Assembly (NCBI RefSeq): GCF_006345805.1
Contig: NC_043000.1
Location: forward strand, 95,046,001-95,110,000
Length of the DNA: 64,000 nt
DNA from: Octopus sinensis
Lineage: Eukaryota
Direction of reading: 5' to 3'
Shown: positions 24,993 to 37,985 of the stretch, piece after piece
How positions within the stretch are numbered: position 1 is the first letter of the stretch
Layout of the letters: the number at the start of each line of letters is the position of its first letter
Translations under genes and position numbers: made by a program
Notes under the pieces: model-generated
Told to the model about the DNA's origin: nothing
The model's database searches: none
Seen by the model: only the letters and a program-made list of their open reading frames with translations

Positions 24993-25719
24993 AAGAGATA
25001 GGTGGCTAGCTAACCAGAGACAGACAGGCAGGTAGGCAGGCAGGCAGGCAGGCAGACATGTAGACTTAGACAGACAGACAGGCAGGCAGACAGACAGACA
25101 GACAGGTATACAGACAGACAGGCAGACAGACAGATGTACATCGACAAAGAGAAAAAAATGAAAGCGGCATTCACATATGTACATTCACAGATTAGTTGGA
25201 CCAACAAGCGTTACATTAGCACACACTTTGTAACTCGAGAACAGAAACACAAACAAGAAAACACCTGATGCTACAAGGTAAGAGGATTTCAGTACAAACA
25301 CCTAGATGTGTCAACTGACGTAGATTCCGTATAGTATGAACACTGTAGACGTGACCTACGTCAAAAGCAGCTATCAGAAAATCTCTTCATGATACCAACT
25401 AATTGTAACTAGAATGCACACCTGTAGGAAAGATATTTCGGAAGACAGAAAATAAAAAAGTTCCAATGATATGGTGGTGAGAGTATGGATTCATGATAAT
25501 GTCAAATAAAACTGGCTATATATTCTCCCTTTTTTGTAAAATAGAGGAAAATGCATGGTGGAGTGGTTTAAAGGTTTGCTTCGTAGCTTCGTGTCGTTTT
25601 GTTCAGTCCCAGTGCTTCGGCATTGCGCAAGAGTTATCTACAGTAGCTCCGAGCAGGAAATTGCCTCATTAGTGTATTTGATGGACAGTAACTTCGTGTA
25701 ATATATGGGTGCAAATTAA

Positions 25720-26075
25720 GACGGCGAGCTGGCACGCCGGGCGAAATGCTTAGCGATATTTCGTCTGCCGTTACGTTCTGAGTTCAAATTCCGCCGAGTT
25801 CGACTTTGCCTTTCATCCTTTCGGGGTCGATTAAATAAGTACCAGTTACGCGCTGGAGTCGATATAATCGACTTAATCCGTTTGTCTGTCCTTGTTTGTC
25901 TTCTTTGTGTGTAGCCCCTTGTGGGCAGTAAGGAAATAGGTATTTCGTCTGTCTTTGTGTTCTGAGCTCAAACTCCGTCGAGGTCGACTTTGCCTTTAAT
26001 CCTTTCGTACTGGGGTCGATCTAATCGACTGGTCCCTCCCCCAAAATTTCGGGTCTTGTGCCTAGAATACGAAAG
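25720..26075 (+). mobile_element. SINE family B dimer (duplicate at about 35380-35735)
   Basis: GGCGAGCTGGCA head, two GAG(T/C)TCAAA.TCCG.CGAG.TCGACTTTGCCTTT modules. Confidence 0.9.
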
Positions 26076-26087
26076 AAAAGATTATAT

Positions 26088-26502
26088 GGGCGCAAGTGTG
26101 GCTGTGTGGTAAAAATTTGCTTTCCAACTACATGGTCCAGAGTTCAGTCCTACTGTGTAGCACCTTAGGCAAGTGTCTCCCATTATATTCTCGGGCCGAC
26201 CAAGAAAGGAACTCGTCTCGTGTGTGTGTGCGTGAGTGCGTGTGCGTGTGTCTGTGTGCAGTGTGTGTGTGCGTGCGCGTACGTGCGTGTGTATCTATGT
26301 GCCTGTGTTTGTCCCAACCACCACCACCACTTGGCAACCAATATTGTATTTACGACCCTGTAAATAAGCGGTTCGGCAAAAGATTCCGATAGAATTGGTA
26401 CCAGTCTAAAACAAATAAGTACTAGGGTCGATTCGTTCAACTAAAATTCTTCAGAGTGGTGCCCAAGTATGGCCATAGCCTAAGGACTAAAACAAGTGAA
26501 AG
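26088..26502 (+). mobile_element. SINE family A (duplicate at about 35748-36165)
   Basis: GGCGCAAGTGTGGCTGTGTGGTAA head and family tail. Confidence 0.85.
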
Positions 26503-27120
26503 ATGAACGCCAGATAGATAAAAGATATTTACATGGTTTCAATTACTGAATTTGTACAATACAAATCAGCTTTGTTTCCTGACCGGAAAACAACAGATTG
26601 CTCACACTATTACGTAAGCGCTTAATAACGCCACTAAGTAAAACAGTGATAATAGCTAAACATGTAAATGTATGATTTGGATAGAGGAGATGTAGGGTTT
26701 GAAGTAGCTGAATGTAGAATTTTTATCGATTTAATTTTATATGAGACATTCACTTGAGTGAAATGTAGTGTAAACTTGATTTGACAAATATATAATTTTT
26801 AGCCTCGTTGTAGGAAAATAATAATGATTACATCATTGGTTATTTTCTTATTTCTCCATAGACATAAAGAGCAGGAGTCACGAGACTCCTTTCTGTAGTT
26901 CTTAAACTTTCAGCATAGAAGAATACCCATCTTCAACCCGTAATAGCTTATGATTACTTTTAGTGCATACATACTCGAATACAATCAAATACATCCGATC
27001 AATTTGCTTAACAGTGCATGCAATGAGATCGTGAATAATATTTTAGGATCATTTGAAATGCAATATACGTGGGTGTACCAAAACAGACCGGAATTTAGCA
27101 ATTTTTTTTTTTTAAATATA

Positions 27121-27870
27121 CGAGGGTGTGCCCGAAAGTAACTGGAATTTTGCAATGCTATTTTATACACTTAGTTTTACATGTTTACACTTTCATCGAT
27201 TTCAAAGTATTCTCCATTTGAAGCGATGCATCGGTGCAGACGCGTTTTCGACAGTCCTGGAACTCTAGTGACACAGCGCTGGAACTCTTACGAAGCAGTG
27301 CTGGCACTCTTTTAATGACTCAATCATTTTTTGTCACCTCTTCCACATCTACAAATTCAATAGCACCAGCTTTCGTCACCAGTGATGATCTTCGAAAAAT
27401 GGTCTGGATCAATTTCCACTCTTCTCTTTCAGTTCACGAGAAGCATTAAATCGTTACTGCTTTTGATCTTCCATCAGCAAGCGAGGCACAAATTTTGCTG
27501 CGACTTTTTTCATTCACAATTTCTCGCTCAAAATTCGTTGGCAAGAGCACCAGGACACACTATTCATATCAACAAAATCGTTAATTGTTCGGTGACGGTC
27601 CTCTAAGATAAACTCATGAATTTCCGTGATATTTTTATGAGTTTTCATTCGTTCGATAGGTCGACATTCGCCTTGAACGAAGCTGGTCCGCAAGCGACTA
27701 TTCCTAAGGCATGAAAACATTCGTAAACTTGTAAGCTGTTTGAAAATGACAACTGTTTCAGCTGCCGTTTTCCCCCAGCAGAAAGCAGAATTTCATGGAA
27801 GCACGATGTTCTTTTGTTTTAGCCGTCGCAAAAATCGTCGAACAGGGCAGAGGCACTGTTGAGACAAAGA
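27121..27870 (-). mobile_element. internally deleted mariner element (duplicate at about 36790-37530)
   Basis: TA-CGAGGGTGTGCCCGAAAGTAA terminal repeat; EHRASMKFCFLLGKTAAETV; ILEDRHRTINDF..SCQRILSEKL. Confidence 0.85.
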
Positions 27871-27903
27871 CTCACCACGTGGAAGTATGATCTCACATAT
27901 ATA

Positions 27904-28220
27904 TATTAAAATTATAATTTAGGGTATCTAAGACATACCACACGCTGAAAATAGCAGAGCCAAATATCCGGGATCTGGAATTATCCAGTAATTTTTTTGC
28001 TAGTTTATTTTGTCTCTTTGTCTTCTCTCCTGGTGGTGTATGAACAGTAAAATGTGGTTTTAGAGTCAAGTTTTAACTGCTTTTCCATCCAGCGTGTTGG
28101 TATCTCTTATATACTTTAAATTATAATTTTAATAATAACTATTACCTTTAAAGGTTTTTATTCCCATGCTGGCCACGTGATAAGATCAGTATTTAAATAT
28201 CGATCTTATCTTTATTTATA
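27904..28220. mobile_element. asymmetric inverted-repeat element (putative Penelope-like terminus)
   Basis: 27904-27947 is an imperfect reverse complement of 28090-28134, followed by an unpaired tail; TA flanks. Confidence 0.55.
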
Positions 28221-28239
28221 TAAATATATATATATGCAT

Positions 28240-28282
<43 letters not shown>

Positions 28283-28288
<6 letters not shown>

Positions 28289-29248
28289 TAAATGAAAGAA
28301 TGGAGTTGAACGACAAATTAACAAATTTCCTTTATTTTCGACATATGTTTCGAAGGCTGCATATTCCTAATTGTGAAGGAATAAGGAGTACATTATGCCG
28401 CTTTCTCATCAGGAAAAACAAGGAATTTATGTCAACATCAAGATTCACAAAAACTTTCAGATGACTGCTCTCACGGAGCGCATAGCGATAATGAGTGTCT
28501 CTTTAATATTCCTTTATAAGGAGTGACGTCAAACTGGTTGAATGTAGAAAATTCTAGAAGGTTCTAAAGGTTCAAGAGTTCAAACGAAGTAGGGGGAGAG
28601 AGGCCTAAGAAAAGTAAGGTGATTTGTAACAGGTCGTATGTATTGTGGGTTTTGTTAAATTCTTTTCTGAATGAGTGTCTGTGTGAGTGAATGAATATAA
28701 CTGTATTAATACCTATGTGTGTGTATGTGTGTGCGTGAATGTGTATGTGGATGGGTAGATGTAAAAAAAAACAGATAGTGGTGTTGTAGCAGATATGCGT
28801 CTGTGTGCTTGATTACTGTAGATAGAGGAAAAGAGAGAGAAAAAGAAATAGGAGGGCGAGGTATTGGGACAAAGGCAAAACAAACCTCAATGGATTGGGT
28901 AGTATGTCTTTGAAAGCATAACTTTTTTTTTAAAACTAAAGGGGTGAAATATATAAATGGAAATATATTAATTAAAATTCAAGGGGGTTATCTATATTAG
29001 TCATTATTCATATGAGTGAAAGGTGTGTTTTCTCCAGTGCAAGCACAAATTTGTTAATTTGTCGTTCAACTCCATTCTTTCATTTATTCATAAATTTTAT
29101 AAAAATACACACAAATTTCCACACGAAAACACGTAGTCCCTGCCCTAGGCACGTAACTTCAACCGTGTTATTTCTGATGTGAATTTGCTACCCAGGTATC
29201 GGTTAAACGAATTATCCATAAAAAGATATTTCATTTTTCTACTCAAAT
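28283..29248 (-). mobile_element. Penelope-like terminal fragment with 46-bp inverted end and tail (duplicate at 37983-38948)
   Basis: 28283-28328 is the reverse complement of 29047-29092; contains a hammerhead; (TA)n on both sides. Confidence 0.75.
28323..28428 (-). ncRNA. type-I hammerhead ribozyme motif, canonical core (duplicate at about 38023-38127)
   Basis: TTTTC-CTGATGA-GAAAGCGGCATA...TATGCAGCCTTC-GAAA-CATAT-GTC-GAAAA; palindromic helix III ACATATGT; GUC site. Confidence 0.85.
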
Positions 29249-29264
29249 ATATATATATATATAT

Positions 29265-29795
29265 ACTAAGCAATAAAGGGTTTAGCAACGAATTGCCTTA
29301 CCACATACCGAATTTAGAAATAGCAGTCAAAGAGTTATAGCTATTTCTTCTACTAAAAAGGGAGATCTCAGTAAAAACAGCAATTGGAAGGCAACACAAA
29401 CAGGTAAGAGAGAATGAATTGACGGCAATCTATCATACAATTTTAAGTTATCTACGGACGTACGTTTCGAAATCAAGTCTTTAGGAAGCATAAGAATTAA
29501 ATATTAAATAATTCTATCTTACCAAAAACTTCTTTTCTCTTCAGCGTAGAATACTATAATCATAAATGATTATATATTGAATTTTGAGATACTAGAAGGC
29601 ACCAACTCAACTCAGTATCAGAGCGAGCTAGAATCCGCAACTAGTATCATATCACCAAATTCAATGCGTGAATGAAAAGATTGTGTCACCAGCCCCTTCC
29701 CACCCGCGTGTAGCCAAAACAAGATGCTGTGGTCATCTACTGAGATAAAATATGGTTATCCGTAATAATGAAGGGTGAAAAAAATTATTACGGAT
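29265..29795 (-). mobile_element. Penelope-like terminal fragment, present only in duplication copy A
   Basis: flanked by (TA)n; contains a hammerhead; copy B has plain (TA)n at about 38947-38970. Confidence 0.75.
29451..29550 (-). ncRNA. type-I hammerhead ribozyme motif, canonical core
   Basis: TCTACG-CTGAAGA-GAAA..long hairpin..TTTC-GAAA-CGTAC-GTC-CGTAGA; palindromic helix III ACGTACGT. Confidence 0.88.
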
Positions 29796-29991
29796 ATATA
29801 TATATATATATATAGTACGTTTAAATATTTGTTGTGCAAGATTTTTTATGTGAAGTCGTGTGTTGAAACAGATATTGTTATATTTCGGATGGTCATATTG
29901 CCAGTTTAGCCAATAAAAACACACGCACTATATATTTGGTGTTTTTTGCTTCAGTGATATTTATTTTTTACATTAATCTTAATCTTATTTC

Positions 29992-30036
29992 GGCCAAAGT
30001 TCTTTCGTCACACTCCTGTGACCGCATCAGTGGTCC
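29992..30036 (-). ncRNA. hammerhead-like motif (CUGAUGC core) in a truncated Neptune-type pLTR (29815-30312)
   Basis: GGACCA-CTGATGC-G-GTCACA ggag TGTGAC-GAAA-GAAC-TT-TGGCC. Confidence 0.65.
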
Positions 30037-30309
30037 TTTGTTTTCTTCTCACTTACTTGTGTCTCTCCTTACTAACCGTCAGCCATTTTGTATTTCTATT
30101 GTATGTCTTCATTTGCGCATGCTTATATCTCTATGTGCGTCTATGTTTATTTAGTGTGTGTGTGGGGGGGGGGTGATGCCTGTAATATTTGTATCTTCTG
30201 GTTATATACATTCTTGTAATTTGTATTTTGTTTTTGTTGTTGTTGCTTTTGTTCTAATTTTGTTCATGTGTTTACATCCACCCATTATTATCATTACATA
30301 TGCTTGTAT

Positions 30310-30490
30310 GTACCGGTGGATTGTGTGGTCATGTGGTTACTTGATAATGTGCGGTTATGTGTGTATGTACATAGCAAATATATTTCATTATGCATGAAGC
30401 CAAAGCCATTCTGAACAATTTCTATATATTATGCGTGTTTCTGCATGCATATAATATCATAGAGCTTCTATATGTGCATATATACATATG

Positions 30491-30536
<46 letters not shown>

Positions 30537-30873
30537 TAATATATATATTTTATTATATTATATTATATTATATTATATTTATATACTCAACCACACACAC
30601 ACAGGAAGCGAATATATGTATCCGTGTGTATATATGTGTATATACATATACATATATATATATATATATAATATATATATATATGCATAAATATATGCAT
30701 ATATATATTCATATATACATAGATATATATACATACACATATACATATATGTACACACACACATATATATGCCTGTATATGACAATTCAAATAATGTACA
30801 AATGTACATTTACATACTAATACATAAAGATATAATGACACATATATGTAAACATAAATATATCTATAAGAGC

Positions 30874-30913
<40 letters not shown>

Positions 30914-30920
30914 ATAAATA

Positions 30921-30952
<32 letters not shown>

Positions 30953-33633
30953 ATATATATATATATATATATATACGCACAAATACAGAGTCAGTTGGCA
31001 AACTGTCTCAGGGGTTGCTGCTTAAGTTTCTCGGTGAAAGGCTTCTGTAATTCAAAATATTGAAACTGCAAATGTGTGAAATTCAGTTGTAAATAAAGTT
31101 TATAACTTTCTTTTAAGTTCCCTCTTTCGCAATTTATACGCACCAACACCTGTCTAATCTTTTAATGACGAACAGATCATTTAATACAGTGGAGGCACAT
31201 GGCCTAGGGTTAGAGCAGCGGACTCGCGGTCGAGGAATCGCGGGTTCGAAACTCGGACCGGGCATGTGAGTGTTTATGAGCTAAGCACATAAACACCTAA
31301 GCTCCACGCGGCTCCGGCAGAAGGTAATGGCGAACTTCTGCTGACTCTTTCGCCACAAATTTTTCTTTCACTCTTTCTTCCTGCATCTTGCATTTCACCT
31401 GCACCTGAACGGACCGGCGTCCCGTCCAGGCGGGGAACCTATACGCCAAAGAAACGGGAAACCGGCCCTTATGAGCCAGGCGTGGCTAGAGAAGGAACAA
31501 ACATCTAATATACATACAGACGTGTGTAAATACATACATATATATACGTATGTATGTGTGTATACGTGAATGCATAAAAGTATTAGTATATGTTAATATG
31601 TGGAAATCTACAAGTATATTTGTATAGATGGATAGATAATGTTTATTTTTATGTCAAATTACATACAAAAGTAATTTCACATTAAACAGAGAGACGACTC
31701 AATACTTTTTGGTAAAGTACATTTTTATTAAACTTTTACAAGAATTGAGGTGAAGAAATATCGAAGTTTCAATCGAAATTTCCTCAGATCCTCTGACGAA
31801 CGCTGGCAAGCCGAAACTACGAAGTCAATGTCACAATTCATCTTGTAAAGTTTTACATGTATTGTGTGCATAGAGAGACAGACAGACAGGAAGACAGGAT
31901 GAGAGACGGAGATAGATGCGGAGATATAGTTAAATAAGGAGGAGGAGGAGGAGGAGGGAGAGTACTGCATACATAGGAGCATACTTGGCTGAAAGGTTAT
32001 GCAAGAAACTTAGTGACCAAGGGTTTCATGTATGGCAGTTATATAGTCTTTTGTATAGAGTTCGTTTTCGCGCGTGTGTTCCAGCAAATCCGTTCAGGCT
32101 AAATACTTGAGTCTTGCACACACACACATACGCACACAAACACACACACAAGCACACACATACGCACACAAACACACACACAAACACACACATATATGTA
32201 TACATACATGTATATATATACGCATACACATATAAAATATACACGCATTCGTAACTTCACAGATACCACACACACGCACACACACACACATACATACACA
32301 CACACACACACACGAGAGTCGGAGGAAAACTTAATAGGCTGACAACGATATTCTCATAAAAAGTGATCAAATGATGGGCCAAATAAGGAGAAAAAGGATG
32401 TTGATCAATCAGTTCAAAAACACAGTCACACACACACAGCCATTGAAACCAAGGACGTGTTTCCTGAAGCATTGTTCTGGTAGAACAAGGCTCCTTTCGA
32501 CAGTTTTCCTGAGCGTTTAGTGTTGATAGCCTTTTGTAACTGCCTCAGCAAGTTGGTATAGTACTTTTGAAAAGAGAATATAACACAATGCCTTTTGCAT
32601 CCATAAAACTGAAGCTACCACCTTCCTTACAGAATAAACGACCTTGCCTCTCTTATGCAGTAGTTGAGGAGGGGATGTTGCCACTGCATGAATTGTCTCT
32701 TTGTCTGTGGATCAAAGTGAAGAAGCCAACACTCATCTCGGATTATGAACGTTCAAGAAAACCAGCTGGATCTACTTCAAACAATATCAAATTTTCCCGT
32801 TATGTGATCAGCCTGGTGATCAAGTGTCAGAAGACATAGTATCAACCGAGCAGAAATCCGTCATGCCAAGTTCATCTTGCAGAATATTCGAACCTCTCTC
32901 ACGGATATATTAATAGCTTTGGCTATTTGATTATAGTCAATCGCCAATTTTCAAACTTGGGGAACACAGTCAATGTTTCCTTGGTGGTGGCAGTTGTAGG
33001 ACCTCCAGACTTTGAACGATCTTCAAGACTCTCCTTCTCCTCGTAAGTTCAGCTGCTCACTTTTAAATATATAGAAAAATAATAAATGCGCCCTTTTAAA
33101 GTCTAGCCAGACTCATGGGCCCAGTTTCCCCCGGTTTCAATGGCGTATGTGTTCCCCAGTTGGACGGAACGCCGGTCCATCGCAGCGTTACTGGACTGGA
33201 GCAACGTGAAAGGAAGTTTTTGCTCAAGAACACAATGCGTCGCCGGTCCAAGAATCGAAACCACAATCTTACGATCATGATGCTGACACCCTAACCACTA
33301 AGCCACGCGCGCCTCCACGCTGCTCACTTTTGCACTGTTAATAAAACTGGAGTGTTATCCTCTAATGTAACAACCGTTCTAGTCAGCACGAATGTCCTTT
33401 GAGGCTAAACCCTTTTTTCTGCAAGTACTTAATAATACCATGGTGCCAAACTATGTCCATTTCAAGAGAAGTCGCTACTAGTTACTTTTTAAGCCTTCTT
33501 TGAACGATCAGATGTCAGTTTTTATCTGTGAAGAAAAAGACAATGCGGATATCATTAAGATTTGAAATTAATGCATACAAGATTTCACAGCTCTTGTATC
33601 ACTCCTTTATAGTCAGCCTAGGAACTTAGTGTA

Positions 33634-33682
<49 letters not shown>

Positions 33683-34098
33683 AGTGTGTGTGTGTGTGTG
33701 TGTGTGTGAATGTGTGTAGAACTTGGATCTTCCGATCGAGCGAGAGAAACTTGATCACAATTCCTACCAGAAGTGTTTCTTTGGTAACAGCATTAGATGT
33801 AATCTTAAAATGCGTTGATCCAGAACTAATAATTCTGTTCAACATTCTAATAGTATTACCAGCCCACTGCGCTCACCTGCATTTGAACCTAGATATGCAG
33901 GAAGTCGACACGGATACCACGATACATTTTTTTCTATCCATCTTGCGACTGTCAATTCGCCCACACTTAGACACACGGACAAACTCACGCACACACACAC
34001 ACACACACACACATGCATCCACACGCATGTATCCCACTATTCGACCGCCTACCTGTATTTTATATAGTGTATTTACGTGCGTGTTTACATAAATGTGC

Positions 34099-34129
<31 letters not shown>

Positions 34130-37100
34130 GACCGCGTGTGTCGTTGGCGATTTTTCTTTCTCCGTTTTCAACTTCCTTCCCCTTTCTTTTTCTATCTTCC
34201 TGACAAAGAGCTCCACTAGAAACATTAAATCGTCCTTCTTTCTTCCTTTCTTGAGCGTCCAATAACACTATACTATACTTGTTCCACGTCCACGCGTTTT
34301 GTGTTTTCATGTTTTGATTAACTATATATATACATACATATATATATATATATATTATTATATATATATATATATTATATATGTATATATATATGCACAC
34401 ATACATGCACACCACACCACACACATACACACACACAACACACATACACACACAACACAACACACAACACCCACACACACCACACACACACGCATATATA
34501 TATAATATATATATATATATATTAGATATATATATATATATAAATATTCATATATAATATATATATCTTAAAGCTAAATAGGCAAGGCTAAGATATTATG
34601 TGTGTAGGCATGTGTATGCGTGCGCGTATTGAAATACATATATTATGTGAATACATATATAGGTGGCTAGCTAACCAGAGACAGACAGGCAGTAGGCAGG
34701 CAGGCAGGCAGGCAGACATGTAGACTTATACAGACAGACAGGCAGGCAGACAGACAGACAACATGTATACAACAGAACAGGCAGACAGACAGATGTACAT
34801 CGACAAAGAGAAAAAAATGAAAGCGGCATTCACATATGTACATTCACAGATTAGTTGGACCAACAAGCGTTACATTAGCACACACTTTGTAACTCGAGAA
34901 CAGAAACAGCAAGAAAACACCTGATGCTACAAAGGTAAGAGGATTTCAGTACAAAACACCTAGATGTGTCAACTGACGTAGATTCCGTATAGTATGAACA
35001 CTGTAGACGTGACCTACGTCAAAAGCAGCTATCAGAAAATCTCTTCATGATACCAACTAATTGTAAACTAGAATGCACAACCTGTAGGAAAGATATTTCG
35101 GAAGACAGAAAATAAAAAAGTTCCAATGATATGGTGGTGAGAGTATGGATTCATGATAATGTCAAATAAAACTGGCTATATATTCTCCCTTTTTTGTAAA
35201 ATAGAGGAAAATGCATGGTGGAGTGGTTTAAAGGTTTGCTTCGTAGCTTCGTGTCGTTTTGTTCAGTCCCAGTGCTTCGGCATTGCGCAAGAGTTATCTA
35301 CAGTAGCTCCGAGCAGGAAATTGCCTCATTAGTGTATTTGATGGACAGTAACTTCGTGTAATATATGGGTGCAAATTAAGACGGCGAGCTGGCACGCCGG
35401 GCGAAATGCTTAGCGATATTTCGTCTGCCGTTACGTTCTGAGTTCAAATTCCGCCGAGTTCGACTTTGCCTTTCATCCTTTCGGGGTCGATTAAATAAGT
35501 ACCAGTTACGCGCTGGAGTCGATATAATCGACTTAATCCGTTTGTCTGTCCTTGTTTGTCTTCTTTGTGTGTAGCCCCTTGTGGGCAGTAAGGAAATAGG
35601 TATTTCGTCTGTCTTTGTGTTCTGAGCTCAAACTCCGTCGAGGTCGACTTTGCCTTTAATCCTTTCGTACTGGGGTCGATCTAATCGACTGGTCCCTCCC
35701 CCAAAATTTCGGGTCTTGTGCCTAGAATACGAAAGAAAAGATTATATGGGCGCAAGTGTGGCTGTGTGGTAAAAATTTGCTTTCCAACTACATGGTCCAG
35801 AGTTCAGTCCTACTGTGTAGCACCTTAGGCAAGTGTCACCCATTATATTCTCGGGCCGACCAAGAAAAGAAAGGAACTCGTCTCGTGTGTGTGTGCGTGA
35901 GTGCGTGTGCGTGTGTCTGTGTGCAGTGTGTGTGTGCGTGCGCGTACGTGCGTGTGTATCTATGTGCCTGTGTTTGTCCCAACCACCACCACCACTTGGC
36001 AACCAATATTGTATTTACGACCCTGTAAATAAGCGGTTCGGCAAAAGATTCCGATAGAATTGGTACCAGTCTAAAACAAATAAGTACTAGGGTCGATTCG
36101 TTCAACTAAAATTCTTCAGAGTGGTGCCCAAGTATGGCCATAGCCTAAGGACTAAAACAAGTGAAAGATGAACGCCAGATAGATAAAAGATATTTACATG
36201 GTTTCAATTACTGAATTTGTACAATACAAATCAGCTTTGTTTCCTGACCGGAAAACAACAGATTGCTCACACTATTACGTAAGCGCTTAATAACGCCACT
36301 AAGTAAAACAGTGATAATGGCTAAACATGTAAATGTATGATTTGGATAGAGGAGATGTAGGGTTTGAAGTAGCTGAATGTAGAATTTTTATCGATTTAAT
36401 TTTATATGAGACATTCACTTGAAGTGAAATGTAGTGTAAACTTGATTTGACAAATATATAATTTTTAGCCTCGTTGTAGGAAAATAATAATGATTACATC
36501 ATTGGTTATTTTCTTATTTCTCCATAGACATAAAGAGCAGGAGTCACGAGACTCCTTTCTGTAGTTCTTAAACTTTCAGCAGTAGAAGAATACCCATCTT
36601 CAACCCGTAATAGCTTATGATTACTTTTAGTGCATACATACTCGAATACAATCAAATACATCCGATCAATTTGCATAACAGTGCATGCAATGAGATCGTG
36701 AATAATATTTTAGGATCATTTGAAATGCAATATACGTGGGTGTACCGAAAACAGACCGGAATTTAGCAATTTATTTTTTTTTAAATATACGAGGGTGTGC
36801 CCGAAAGTAACTGGAATTTTGCAATGCTATTTATACACTTAGTTTTACATGTTTACACTTTCATCGATTTCAAAGTATTCTCCATTTGAAGCGATGCATC
36901 GGTGCAGACGCGTTTTCGACAGTCCTGGAACTCTAGTGACACAGCGCTGGAACTCTTACGAAGCAGTGCTGGCACTCTTTTAATGACTCAATCATTTTTT
37001 GTCACCTCTTCCACATCTACAAATTCCATAGCACCAGCTTTCGTCACCAGTGATGATCTTCGAAAAATGGTCTGGATCAATTTCCAACTCTTCTTTCAGT

Positions 37101-37905
37101 TCACGAGAAGCATTAAATCGTTACTGCTTTTGATCTTCCATCAGCAAGCGAGGCACAAATTTTGCTGCGACTTTTTTCATTCACAATTTCTCGCTCAAAA
37201 TTCGTTGGCAAGAGCACCAGGACACACTATTCATATCAACAAAATCGTTAATTGTTCGGTGACGGTCCTCTAAGATAAACTCATGAATTTCCGTGATATT
37301 TTTATGAGTTTTCATTCGTTCGATAGGTCGACATTCGCCTTGAACGAAGCTGGTCCGCAAGCGACTATTCCTAAGGCATGAAAACCATTCGTAAACTTGT
37401 AAGCTGTTTGAAGAATGACAACTGTTTCAGCTGCCGTTTTCCCCAGCAGAAAGCAGAATTTCATGGAAGCACGATGTTCTTTTGTTTTAGCCGTCGCAAA
37501 AATCGTCGAACAGGGCAGAGGCACTGTTGAGACAAAGACTCACCACGTGGAAGTATGATCTCACATATATATATTAAAATTATAATTTAGGGTATCTAAG
37601 ACATACCACCACGCTGAAAATAGCAGAGCCAAATATCCGGGATCTGGAATTATCCAGTAATTTTTTTGCTAGTTTATTTTGTCTCTTTGTCTTCTCTCCT
37701 GGTGGTGTATGAACAGTAAAATGTGGTTTTAGAGTCAAGTTTTAACTGCTATTTCCAGCGTGTTGGTATCTCTTATATACTTTAAATTATAATTTTAATA
37801 ATAACTATTACATTTAAAGGTTTTTATTCCCATGCTGGCCACGTGATAAGATCAGTATTTAAATATCGATCTTATCTTTATTTATATAAATATATATATA
37901 TGCAT

Positions 37906-37949
<44 letters not shown>

Positions 37950-37950
37950 T

Positions 37951-37985
<35 letters not shown>

